A stretch of DNA of 64,000 nucleotides from the NCBI GenBank assembly GCA_022530585.1, contig CP092821.1, forward strand, positions 134,222 to 198,221, written 5' to 3'. Positions 45,501 to 54,006 of this stretch are shown piece after piece. The number at the start of each line of letters is the position of its first letter. Position 1 is the stretch's first letter. Made by a program: the position numbers and the translations under genes. The stretch comes from Candidatus Nealsonbacteria bacterium DGGOD1a. Lineage in GTDB: Bacteria > Patescibacteriota > Minisyncoccia > Minisyncoccales > UBA5738. The notes below the pieces were generated by a model. The model was not told the origin of the DNA. It worked only from the letters and a program-made list of their open reading frames with translations, and ran no database searches.

Positions 45501-45581
45501 ACCTTTTATGTGCGGTGCAAAAATGACGCGGGAAACGAGAATAATGTATCCAAGATCATACAATTCAGTATCTCGCGATAA
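42561..45581 (+). CDS. Giant secreted protein (4 TSP1-like Cys repeats, 4 two-Cys repeats, DUF4082-like module)
   Basis: ATG 42561 (MPLSLFSINQKSILALLLGGLIALTAGAALA signal) preferred to 42477, which spans the hairpin; GSGSGSGSGSG linker; repeats listed in findings. Confidence 0.8.
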   Translation: MPLSLFSINQKSILALLLGGLIALTAGAALAADLVWMPDWIENNDLNFGGFSNFIDAAAGAGLTEDETRAMIVALINSKFGEEDFLTVLRESNASAAGKLAALATADPTFQQLLDGIDMYAKTSEGKNDLKKIQDQLANNTTGNTTGNTESKAQAIKDYQAKIDTGTATEKDKEAYIAALKASGDTIVTDPLTGKSWAYSSYDPSDPKNEKGKNVIDTAAQFSLDTGYDPCLDGFMVGGGDEGGGSGSGSGSGSGNASVVCNTYIYNDWGACAGGTQSRTIFSKGPSGCTDTSSAQLTQSCAVSCTSYTYSDWSACSNGSQSRTIKTQSPAGCTNTSSADLTNDCTGNDGTACTSYTYSDWSACSNGSQSRTIKTQSPAGCTNTSSADLAQSCTVQTAVCASYTYSDWSACVNGGQTRSMISRVPAECTDTSSAIFTQSCGVAQPPIVANTTNAVQISSNPVLSVTTNQAAVCQYAEAGGFSYGNGATFNTTGGYNHNTGLNNVNSGQHTFYVICKDNATGGISTVLKIDFNVDLSLDPASAPVIVSATPAKQTGSNPVLSITTDRPAACQYKKDAVFAYGAGVSISTTDNYSHSVSISSLADGSYNFYAVCKDKTTGAVSAAKQISTAIDRSGNNPAAPALVNNTDTYQTVNNPILAVSTDKAAVCQYGSGSFTYGAGIQFATDGGTSHSVQLSNIANGQHTYYVICKDAATGAVSNAGYQIIFTVDVLDGDNCADLSSNDRKSDSNRSNSGGGNANSSYLWQSVETGTRERFSDVDWYAGYQFTPEKDGRITQLCGYFDSGATNKVSIYNGSYAEIASAQVAGNDSWKCVDISPLEIDADSRYYVIARVQNNPIYFEYKSGMLPRQSGDAIIEAGVRQTIIDQKFKTDVVKYDYMIFGLVDVKISYDPASNSGPAISSVGPVGTIDGSSATISAQTDRQSSCKFDREDVVYSSMKYAFSNSSAGNFSQKVCGLESGNYTFYVRCKNDAGNENNVSKIIQFSISR

Positions 45582-45637
45582 CTGATTCGTGTTTCGTTCG
45601 CGATCCGGCCAACCCGCGTTCGCGCGTTTCAACCGAA

Positions 45638-46378
45638 ATGAAAATCTTTAAAGCAATTTTATTTCTGATTATCTTTACGATCGCGGCCGGCTTTCCGGCA
45701 AAACCGGCTTGTCGCGCGGATGATGCGGCGGCGAAGGCGGGCGTTGCCGATTCCAAAACGGAAAAAAGCTATAATTTGGATTTGAGCTACGATAACGGCC
45801 AGCTTTCGGTGAAAGGTATCACGGTGGAAAATTTCCGCGCGCCGGACCGCCGCGTCCAACCCCAGGATGGCTGGATTTGCGATATTGTTTCATCCGGCGG
45901 CCAGCTGATATATTCTTTCAGATTTTCCATTCCGGATATAACTTGCCGCGACCAGCCCGGAACGGCGGGCAACTTGGAAGGCGGATGCCAGGCGGTTGCC
46001 GCAAAGGATTTTATTTTGATCGCGCCTTATTATTCCAACGGCGCGAAGATTGTCGTTTATTCGCCCGAGGGCAACGAGGTCTTTGGCATTGATACGGTCA
46101 AGTTCGCGGATTTGTGCGGAGATGATGTGTGCCAAGCGGGCGAGAATCGCCTGACTTGCGCCAAAGATTGCCGTTCCGGAGTGAAAGACGGCGTTTGCGA
46201 TGGAATCGCCGACGGTACTTGCGACGCGGATTGTTCGGAAAAAACCGACAGCGATTGTTCTCGCGGTCCGCAAGGAGTGTTGATTTATTCATTGATTGCC
46301 GCGGTTCTGGGGTTGGCTGTTTTAACAAGCTTTATCATCTGGCGGATAAACAAAAGAAAAAACAGTGATTTTATATGA
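45638..46378 (+). CDS. Secreted, C-terminally TM-anchored protein with CGDDVC..C..DC Cys cluster
   Basis: Signal peptide, DLCGDDVCQAGENRLTCAKDC..DGVCDG..CDADC, TM LIYSLIAAVLGLAVLTSFIIW + RINKRK. Confidence 0.65.
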   Translation: MKIFKAILFLIIFTIAAGFPAKPACRADDAAAKAGVADSKTEKSYNLDLSYDNGQLSVKGITVENFRAPDRRVQPQDGWICDIVSSGGQLIYSFRFSIPDITCRDQPGTAGNLEGGCQAVAAKDFILIAPYYSNGAKIVVYSPEGNEVFGIDTVKFADLCGDDVCQAGENRLTCAKDCRSGVKDGVCDGIADGTCDADCSEKTDSDCSRGPQGVLIYSLIAAVLGLAVLTSFIIWRINKRKNSDFI

Positions 46379-49300
46379 TTAATTTATTTTGGCGATTGTT
46401 AAAATTAAAATATCTCGCCCGGCGATTATTGTCCGCGGCGTTGGTATCCGCGATTATTGCCGGCAGTTTTCCGGTCGGAATGTCGGAAGTCCGGGCGGCT
46501 TTGCCGCAAGGAGAAAAAGAATCTTTGTCCGGCCAGGCCGGAGGCGATTACCTTTGGCAGTCGCTGGAAGCCGGCGATTTGGGAGGAATTGAAAACACAT
46601 CGCAATACGCGGGTTGGCGTTTTTCGGCGTTGAAAGATGCTTATGTTACCGAGCTTTGCGGCTATTTCAAGGGGGTTTATTCGGTGAATTTGTATGACGG
46701 CGCGTATAATCTCAAGGCCAGCGGCCAGATTACCGGTTACGAACAATGGAATTGCGCTTCAATCGCTCCGATCGCGGTTTTCAAGGGCGAGAAATATTAT
46801 GTCGTCGCCGAAATTTTGAACAGTCCGGTTTATTACCGGAGCGGCGCTTCGATGTTGCCGCGGCAGAATAAAGAGGCGATAATCGAAAGCGGAATAACGC
46901 AGAGAATCAATCAGCCGTTCGGATCGGATATGAAATCGGATGACAGTCGGGTTTTTGGCATGGTTGATGTAAAAATCACTTCCAAGCAGGAAGCGGAAAT
47001 TTTGATTAAAAAAGCGGGCGCCAGTTTGGCGCAAGCGGTGAGCGGCGCGGCCGGAAACGAAGCGGCCGGTAATTTTTCCGCCGTTGTGCGTAATTGCGCG
47101 CATGGAAAATGCATCGCTTGCGCCGCGGAAAGCTGCCGGATTGAAAGCGACGAACAGTCGAAAGATCAGAAAGAAAATACTTTTATTCAGATTTGCGCCA
47201 AAGGAAATTGCTGGAGTTGCACCAATGAAAATTGCGCCAAAACCGATGCGGCGGGATTTGTTAAAACCGGTTATTCATTCAAGAATTGCAAGAACAATAA
47301 ATGCATAAATTGCTTAAACGGCCAATGCAATGTTACCGGTGGCCAAGAGCCGACTTATTATAAGTGGGATGCGGCCGGCGGCGGAATGGATGGCGGCAGT
47401 TTCTTTATGGATACCGGTACGGGCGGAAGCGGCGGCGGGGGTTCGGGCGCGTGGGAAAGTTATTATGGCGGTAATTATTCCGGCGACGCTTTTGGCGGCG
47501 GCGGAGGAGGAGGCTTTGACGCCAAAGCCGCGGCAGTGGCGCTAGTTAATCATGCTTTCACTGACCAGGATTTTATTGACGCGTTGTTGGCTTATATGGC
47601 GGCCGCCAAAGAAGAAGGAATTACCAATACAACTCCGACTTACGGCCAGCTTGCCGAGTTTATCAATCGTGCCGCGGGCGAAACACTGATAGACACAGAT
47701 TCGGTTTCCGTTAAAGAACAATCAACGGTGAGTTCGGCAATCGAGACAATGGCGCCGATCTATTCGGCTTTTAGCATGACAAAAACCGATCCCAAAACCG
47801 GCGCGCTTGTGGTAACTCCCGGAAATCCGGAAACCGCGGCTTCCACTCGGGCATCCAGTTTGACTACCGGTTGGGGTTCCAAGATGAACGCGCCGGTGGC
47901 AAAAGACGCCGACGGAAAAGAAATTTATGTCGCGGTAAATGTGGGAGAAGAGGTTACGGCCGGCAGTTCGTTTTCGGTCCCGTTGTATGTTTTGGAAAAC
48001 GGCAAAATTGTTTCAAAGGGAGTAACCGGTTACAGCGTCAAAAATTCCGCGACCGCGCCTCATTCTTCCGAGGAAGCCAACGCGATAAACGCGAATGGCG
48101 GTATAGTATATGTTCCGGTGAGGGAATCGACGCCTGCCTATGGGCTTTTGAATTCCTCAACCGCGGCGACATTTACCAATAACGGGAAAAAAGCGGCCGG
48201 CGGCGGTGTTTCGCAGGTGGCGGCCGGTTTGCCGGCCAACGCGATTGTCGTTGACGCGCCTTCGGTTTCGGATAATTCTTCAACTCAAGGCGCGACGGTC
48301 GCGTCATCGGTGATTTCGGACTGGCTGCCGACCGGGTCGGCGGATAAGACCGCGGCGGCAACAACCAAAACCGGCGGCGCGGCGGCAACGGTTTATGTTC
48401 CGAAAGTTGTTGCGGCATCGCCAACCGCGATTGCTTCGGCGGATGGAACGGCCAAGATCGAATCCGATCCGCAAACCGTGGCCGATAATTCTCGAAAAAT
48501 TATCGATGAAATAAAATCGCAAATGAGCGAAACCGTAGTGGACGAATCCACCGGTGAAATTGAAATTATTCCTCCGGCAAGCGAAAGAACCAATGATTTG
48601 ATTTATGCTTGGGGTTCAAACACGCTTGGGCAGGCGGTGGGCCAAATCGAGGTAACGGCCAACGCGGATGGAACGCCGATAAACGCATCAACCGTAATCG
48701 CGCACCAGGCGATAACATATTCCCCGGCGGCGGTTCGGACGATTACTGAAGGCGGCGAAGCAAAGACATCATTGGTTTATGCCGCTCCGACAACCTATTA
48801 TTTGACTGAAGAAGATGTCGCGTCGATTAAAGCGGGAAATGTTCTTTATGCGCCGGTAGTCGCGGCCGAGCCGCTTAGTTTGAATTCCGGAATCGGATCG
48901 GAGTTTCAACCGGTGGAGAAAACCGGCAACGCGAACACATTGACCACCGGCGCGCCCGGACATTCTTTCCAAGCAACGGCTCAAGTGTCGGATTCTTCGG
49001 CCGGCGGCGCTCAACAAAATGATACGGTTTCCGATACGGCGCGGGCGATAGAAAATACCGGCGGGTTGTCTCTCGTTGACAGTCAGAAAAATTTTTTGGA
49101 CGACGGCAACGAGATACCGTTAAGCACGGAGATATTTTATAGCGACGCGGTAAATTGGCTGCGTTTGCCGTCCGGTTCAATTAAAGATTCTTACGAAACG
49201 ATTGCCGCGGCGGATTACCGGCGGGCGGGGTATTTTGAATTCAGAGACGCCGGTTTGTCTTTTAAAAAAATAATTTCCAAATCTTCCGGTTCGGCGGCCG

Positions 49301-50637
49301 CGGCAGTCGGCGATCTGTCGGCCGGAAGCGGCGATGCTTCCGCGGCCGGCACCGCGGCCAAATCCAAAAATAAAGGGCCGTTCGTGATTGGTTACGATCC
49401 GGTGATTACCGGCAATCAGATGCCGGAAATTTCCGTCAAAACCGACAGAAAAGCGGTTTGCAAGGCCGCGCCCTATGATCTCGAATATGGTTTGATGTGG
49501 AATATATTGGAAACTGCCGATGGCAAAAACCATCAAAAGAAATTTACCGCGCAGTTAAACGAGGGAACATATACTTTTTATGTCCGCTGCAAGGATGAAG
49601 CGGGAAATTTAAATATGTTTTCCCAAAAAATTGTATTTACGGTTGATAAAAGTTTTGACGAAAAAATTGCTTTTAACGAGGTGCCGCCAACCATAAGTTC
49701 CGCGGGCGCGCAAGTTCTAAATTCCAATGCCAAGATATCGGCGAACATCAAGAGCGGGGTGCCGGTGGACGGAGTCGAAGCGCGGGTGCGCGACCGAAAC
49801 GGCCGTTTTGTCGCGGCGTTTATTTTGGCGGATGGCGGCAACGGCAATTGGAATTATGACTGGCAAAATGTTGCCGGCATCGGCGCGGGCGAATACAAAA
49901 TTGATATATTCGCGAAAGACGCGTCGGAAAATTTTTCCGAGCAAAAAAACGCCGTTGCTTTTACCGTGGCGGCAACCGCCGCCGGCAATTGCAAAGATAT
50001 GAAAATGGGAGGTTCGTTCGCGAAAAAGATCGATGTGGTTTTCGTTCCCTGCGGTTATGGAAGCGATCTGGTTTCTTTTGAAGCGGATGCCGAACGCCAG
50101 ATTGAACAGTTTTCCAAATTCGCGCCGGTTGCCCAAAATATCGATAAATTCAATTTCCGCGCGGTGGAAGTTTCCGGTCTTGATTGCGCCGATGATTTGA
50201 AGGATAATATGGATAAGGATGCCGAAATTTTTCGCCAAGTCGCGCGGCCTTGCCTGCCGGACGCGGTGATGGTTTTGAAAAAAAATTCCCAAGGATCGGC
50301 CCACGGCATTTCTTTGGCGGGCGCGGGAATAGGGTTTGTTTCGGCTCAAGCGCCGACCGCTTCCATCCATGAACTCGGACACGCTTTTTTCAATTTGAAC
50401 GATGAATACAGTTATGGTTGCACTTATACCGATATGTCAAATTCTCCAAATTGTTCCAATGAACCGAAATGCGAAAAATGGAAAGATTTGGCGGGCGCGG
50501 GGTGCTATTCGGGGTGTACTTGCGAGGGTAATTACCGATCGTCAAACGATAGCGTGATGCTTGATCCGTCGCGGGCCACGCAGTTCAGTCCGGCGGCCAG
50601 CCGCCAAATTTTAAAAATACTGACTGTTTTTGAATAA
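46375..50637 (+). CDS. Giant secreted protein: N-terminal DUF4082-like module, long low-complexity region, one two-Cys repeat, Ig-like domain, C-terminal M64-like zinc metalloprotease
   Basis: 1420 aa; ATGA overlap with upstream gene; HELGHAFFNLNDEY at 50368-50409. Confidence 0.8.
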   Translation: MINLFWRLLKLKYLARRLLSAALVSAIIAGSFPVGMSEVRAALPQGEKESLSGQAGGDYLWQSLEAGDLGGIENTSQYAGWRFSALKDAYVTELCGYFKGVYSVNLYDGAYNLKASGQITGYEQWNCASIAPIAVFKGEKYYVVAEILNSPVYYRSGASMLPRQNKEAIIESGITQRINQPFGSDMKSDDSRVFGMVDVKITSKQEAEILIKKAGASLAQAVSGAAGNEAAGNFSAVVRNCAHGKCIACAAESCRIESDEQSKDQKENTFIQICAKGNCWSCTNENCAKTDAAGFVKTGYSFKNCKNNKCINCLNGQCNVTGGQEPTYYKWDAAGGGMDGGSFFMDTGTGGSGGGGSGAWESYYGGNYSGDAFGGGGGGGFDAKAAAVALVNHAFTDQDFIDALLAYMAAAKEEGITNTTPTYGQLAEFINRAAGETLIDTDSVSVKEQSTVSSAIETMAPIYSAFSMTKTDPKTGALVVTPGNPETAASTRASSLTTGWGSKMNAPVAKDADGKEIYVAVNVGEEVTAGSSFSVPLYVLENGKIVSKGVTGYSVKNSATAPHSSEEANAINANGGIVYVPVRESTPAYGLLNSSTAATFTNNGKKAAGGGVSQVAAGLPANAIVVDAPSVSDNSSTQGATVASSVISDWLPTGSADKTAAATTKTGGAAATVYVPKVVAASPTAIASADGTAKIESDPQTVADNSRKIIDEIKSQMSETVVDESTGEIEIIPPASERTNDLIYAWGSNTLGQAVGQIEVTANADGTPINASTVIAHQAITYSPAAVRTITEGGEAKTSLVYAAPTTYYLTEEDVASIKAGNVLYAPVVAAEPLSLNSGIGSEFQPVEKTGNANTLTTGAPGHSFQATAQVSDSSAGGAQQNDTVSDTARAIENTGGLSLVDSQKNFLDDGNEIPLSTEIFYSDAVNWLRLPSGSIKDSYETIAAADYRRAGYFEFRDAGLSFKKIISKSSGSAAAAVGDLSAGSGDASAAGTAAKSKNKGPFVIGYDPVITGNQMPEISVKTDRKAVCKAAPYDLEYGLMWNILETADGKNHQKKFTAQLNEGTYTFYVRCKDEAGNLNMFSQKIVFTVDKSFDEKIAFNEVPPTISSAGAQVLNSNAKISANIKSGVPVDGVEARVRDRNGRFVAAFILADGGNGNWNYDWQNVAGIGAGEYKIDIFAKDASENFSEQKNAVAFTVAATAAGNCKDMKMGGSFAKKIDVVFVPCGYGSDLVSFEADAERQIEQFSKFAPVAQNIDKFNFRAVEVSGLDCADDLKDNMDKDAEIFRQVARPCLPDAVMVLKKNSQGSAHGISLAGAGIGFVSAQAPTASIHELGHAFFNLNDEYSYGCTYTDMSNSPNCSNEPKCEKWKDLAGAGCYSGCTCEGNYRSSNDSVMLDPSRATQFSPAASRQILKILTVFE

Positions 50638-50655
50638 TCATAAATAACCAAAATT

Positions 50656-52302
50656 ATGCCATTGATTAAATTTGTTTCGATTAAAAAATGCGCCGCGTAT
50701 TTGTCTTTGGCGGGGCTCGCCTTGGGGATTTTGGTTTTTGGGATCGTTCTCGCCGACAGCGGCCCGGTTTTGAAGAATGTGAATCCGCAAGGCACGGTGA
50801 CATCTTCAAGCGTTAAAATAACTTTGGACACCGAAGATCTCGCGCGTTGCCGGTATTCGACCAGTGACGGCGGTTATGACAGCATGGGAAACAATCTCGA
50901 TACTCCGGACGGGTTATATCATTCGGCGTTGCTGGGAACGCTTAACGCGGGGCCTTATACCTATTATGTCCGCTGTAAAGATTTTGAAGGCAATGCCAAT
51001 GGTTCAAGCGCGGTCGTTAAATTTACGGTGGGGAATATCTCTTGCGTGGGCGAAAATTGCCCCACGACCACGCCGTCGTCGGGCGGCGGTACGGCACCGG
51101 TTCTTTCCGGATTGTTGCCGTCGGGGACGACTTATAATTCCTATGTCACTTTGTCGGTGAAAACCAATGAAGCCGCCAATTGCCGTTATAGCTGGTATGA
51201 CAAGGCTTTTGATGATATGACCTTGGTGTTTTCCACCTCGGATCAAAAATACCATACCGCGACCGCGTCTTTATCCAACTACGGTTATTACACTTATAAT
51301 GTCAGGTGCCGCAATACCGCGGGAAATGTGAACCAGGTGGCGGGAAAAATTTCTTTCCGTTACGCCAATAAAAATCCGGTCGTATCCACTCCGGTTGTCA
51401 CCGCGCCCAAAGATACCGCCGCGCCTGGGATTTCCAATTTGTCGCCTGCCGGGGATGTTAACGCGGCCAGCACCACCATTTCTTGCGTTACCGATGAAAC
51501 GGCGACATGCAAATACGATACTTCCGATACCAGTTATGATTCAATGGCCAATACGATGGATGGCGCCGGAAGCAAAAATCACAGCAAGATCGTGGCGTTG
51601 GACGCGGCCGGTCGCTACACTTACTATATCCGTTGCAACGATAAATCCGGGAATAAGAGCGATAGCTCAAGCCAGATCGGTTTCAATTATGTCGCGCCCG
51701 TCAAGGAAGGTCCGGCGATTTCCAATCTTCAGCCGACCGGCGCGATCTATCAAAGCAATGTGGCGTTAATCGTGACAACCGATAAAGCCGCGGATTGCCG
51801 GTATTCGGACAGCGACGCGGATTTTGAAGCGATGCATGATTCATTTTCCACCAACGACGGTTCGCTCCATCAGGCAACGGTTAATTTGGATAACTACGGA
51901 ACATACGCTTATTATGTGCGTTGCCGCGATACCCAAGGCAACGCGGATGACCGGTCCGAGGTGATCAATTTTGAATACAAGAATCCGAATCCGGATGAAA
52001 TTATTGGCGAAACCCCCGACGAAATCCAGCCCACGCCGCCCGCGGAAGCGACATGCGCGGAAACGAAGAACGGGGACAAAGACGGGGTATGCGACACAAC
52101 CGCGGATTGTATTTGTGATTTGGATTGTCCGGTAAGCGGCGACGACGCGGATCCCGATTGCGCGAATGTCGCGCCGGCGCCGGCAAACAACGGCTGGATC
52201 GCGATCATTCTTATCGGATTGGCGCTATTGATTATTATCATAATAATTATTGCGGTCATTAAAAGGAGGAGCGCCGGCGAGGAAGATGTGGAATTGCCGT
52301 AA
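50656..52302 (+). CDS. Secreted, C-terminally anchored protein with 4 two-Cys repeats
   Basis: 548 aa; signal anchor; 4 repeats (..C[RK]Y..D..[YF]..M....H....L..G.Y.Y.[VI]RC..); DGVCD..C.CDLDC cluster; TM IAIILIGLALLIIIIIIIAVI + KRR. Confidence 0.8.
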   Translation: MPLIKFVSIKKCAAYLSLAGLALGILVFGIVLADSGPVLKNVNPQGTVTSSSVKITLDTEDLARCRYSTSDGGYDSMGNNLDTPDGLYHSALLGTLNAGPYTYYVRCKDFEGNANGSSAVVKFTVGNISCVGENCPTTTPSSGGGTAPVLSGLLPSGTTYNSYVTLSVKTNEAANCRYSWYDKAFDDMTLVFSTSDQKYHTATASLSNYGYYTYNVRCRNTAGNVNQVAGKISFRYANKNPVVSTPVVTAPKDTAAPGISNLSPAGDVNAASTTISCVTDETATCKYDTSDTSYDSMANTMDGAGSKNHSKIVALDAAGRYTYYIRCNDKSGNKSDSSSQIGFNYVAPVKEGPAISNLQPTGAIYQSNVALIVTTDKAADCRYSDSDADFEAMHDSFSTNDGSLHQATVNLDNYGTYAYYVRCRDTQGNADDRSEVINFEYKNPNPDEIIGETPDEIQPTPPAEATCAETKNGDKDGVCDTTADCICDLDCPVSGDDADPDCANVAPAPANNGWIAIILIGLALLIIIIIIIAVIKRRSAGEEDVELP

Positions 52303-52334
52303 ATAATTTAAAATTTAAAGATCAAAATTAAAAA

Positions 52335-52372
52335 TTTTAGCGTCCCTTCCGTAGCAGGAAGGGACGCTAAAA
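52335..52372 (+). terminator. Terminator hairpin after the giant-protein cluster
   Basis: TTTTAGCGTCCCTTCC-GTAGCA-GGAAGGGACGCTAAAA followed by TTTCATCTTAATTTT. Confidence 0.6.
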
Positions 52373-52475
52373 TTTCATCTTAATTTTACATTTTGATTTT
52401 TTAATTTTTAATCAAAAAACCGCAGATAATTTCAATATCGGCGTGTTTTTTAAATCTAATCGCAGAAGCATCGGC

Positions 52476-52952
52476 CTATGAGATGTTGTAGGCGATTTTT
52501 TTGATTTTGCAATTTATTTTTCCGGACGGATCAATTTTAATCAAGTCGCCGGTTTTTTTACCAAGCAATATTTTCCCAACCGGAGATTCGTTGGAAATCA
52601 TTCCTCGGTCGGGATCGGCTTCAAGCGTGCCCACGATAGTGAATTTGCTGTCTTTGCCGTTGATGTTTACCAATACGGTCGCGCCCAGTCCAACCGAGGC
52701 TTGCGCGGTTTTAGCCGGATTTTTGATGATGCTGGCGTTTTTAAGAATGGCTTCAATCTCGGCCAGCCTGATGTCGAGCAGTCCGAGATCTTCCTGCAGG
52801 GCGATATATTCCGGATTGACATCTTCGGAAACCAATATCGCCGGAGCCTCGCCTTTGGTTTTTGAAAGCTTTATTCGCTTGAGTTCCTCGTATTCCTTCT
52901 TTATTTTTTTAAGTCCTTGGCGCGTCAGATAGAAATTTTTTTCTTCGAGCAT
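52476..52952 (-). CDS. greA: Transcription elongation factor GreA
   Basis: MLEEKNFYLTRQGLKKIKKEYEEL coiled-coil N-domain, C-domain ..ISNESPVGKILLGKKTGD; ATG 52952 preferred to 53003. Confidence 0.85.
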   Translation of the reverse strand: MLEEKNFYLTRQGLKKIKKEYEELKRIKLSKTKGEAPAILVSEDVNPEYIALQEDLGLLDIRLAEIEAILKNASIIKNPAKTAQASVGLGATVLVNINGKDSKFTIVGTLEADPDRGMISNESPVGKILLGKKTGDLIKIDPSGKINCKIKKIAYNIS

Positions 52953-53219
52953 GGCCTTGTGCCTTCGCGGGCTTTTTTGCCCGCGATCAAAGATTACTGG
53001 CAAAAAACGCCGCGCGCGGGCTTTTCAAAAAATTCCCTCGAGATGGGGAAATTTCATACGCGGATTGAATTTCATTTTTCTGTTATTATTATTCTATGCC
53101 TAGCCTTTTTTTTGTCAACTTGTCCCTTGCCGGCGGCGGAAGGGACAAGTTGACTGCCGAATGCGCGGTTGTTAGGCTATAAATAGCGGTTGCCGCAAAC
53201 AGGATTAACCCGGTTTAGA

Positions 53220-53861
53220 ATGATTAAATTCAAAGTTAATCGAATTATCAAATTTTTGCTTTTGTCGGATTTTGTTTTCTGGAGCGGTTGGGGTTTGGTC
53301 GCGCCGATATTCGCGATTTTTATCGTTGATAAAGTCGTGGGCGGGAATGAATTCGTGGTCGGAATTTCCACCGCGATCTACTCGGCGCTTTCGGCGCTGT
53401 TGAGAATTCCGTTGGGATTGTTTTTGGACAATCAGCCGCATGAAAGATCCGACCTTTGGTTTGCCATAACCGGATTGTGGATCGCATCGTTGAGTTCGCT
53501 GTTCTTCGCGTTCGCGTTCTTGCCGTGGCATATTTATGTTTTGCAAGCGATCCATGCGACCGGCATGGCAATGAACCTTTCGGGTTGGACCGCGCTGTAC
53601 ACTCGCCATATCGATAAAGGCCGGGAATCGACCGAATGGGGCATCAGCGCCGTATCGGTGGGCGTGGGCGCCGCGCTGACCGCGGTTATCGGCGGATGGA
53701 TGGCCGCCAATTTCGGTTTTAAAGTGGTTTTTATATGCGTGGGAATAACCGGTTTTCTCGGTTCGGCAATGCTGTTGTTTATTTACCGCCAGATACAAAA
53801 AGGCTCCGGCCACGGTTTGTATTTCAGTTTGAAGGAATTGGCGCGGAAAGCCGGAGAATAA
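53220..53861 (+). CDS. Six-TM MFS-like half-transporter
   Basis: 213 aa, six hydrophobic helices, LRIPLGLFLDN loop motif. Confidence 0.55.
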   Translation: MIKFKVNRIIKFLLLSDFVFWSGWGLVAPIFAIFIVDKVVGGNEFVVGISTAIYSALSALLRIPLGLFLDNQPHERSDLWFAITGLWIASLSSLFFAFAFLPWHIYVLQAIHATGMAMNLSGWTALYTRHIDKGRESTEWGISAVSVGVGAALTAVIGGWMAANFGFKVVFICVGITGFLGSAMLLFIYRQIQKGSGHGLYFSLKELARKAGE

Positions 53862-53873
53862 TTTTATAATTTC

Positions 53874-54000
53874 TTTGGATTACGAAACGCTTTGTATTCG
53901 GGGTCTATCCCTCGCGCCTGTCCCGAGGCTTTTGCGAGGGATAATCGCAAGGGTTAGACCCCTTCAAGGTATTTGAATTTAATGGTTTCGTAATTCAAAG
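53874..54000. repeat. Palindromic intergenic element family A, copy (forward)
   Basis: CTTTGGATTACGAAACGCTTTG..GGGGTCTATCCCTCGCGCCTGTCCCGAGGCTTTTGCGAGGGATAATCGCAAGGGTTAGACCCC..GGTTTCGTAATTCAAAG, 6 nt before polX ATG. Confidence 0.75.
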
Positions 54001-54006
54001 TAATTT

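Noticed and set aside
53114-53154. The strong hairpin GTCAACTTGTCCCTT...AAGGGACAAGTTGAC between greA and the MFS gene as a terminator.
   Set aside because: The T-run precedes rather than follows the stem on the plus strand, and an A-run follows it on the minus strand. It also lies between divergent gene starts. More likely it is a member of the GTCCC...GGGAC GC-hairpin group (also at 34224, 52341 and 61517) or a regulatory site. This is unresolved.
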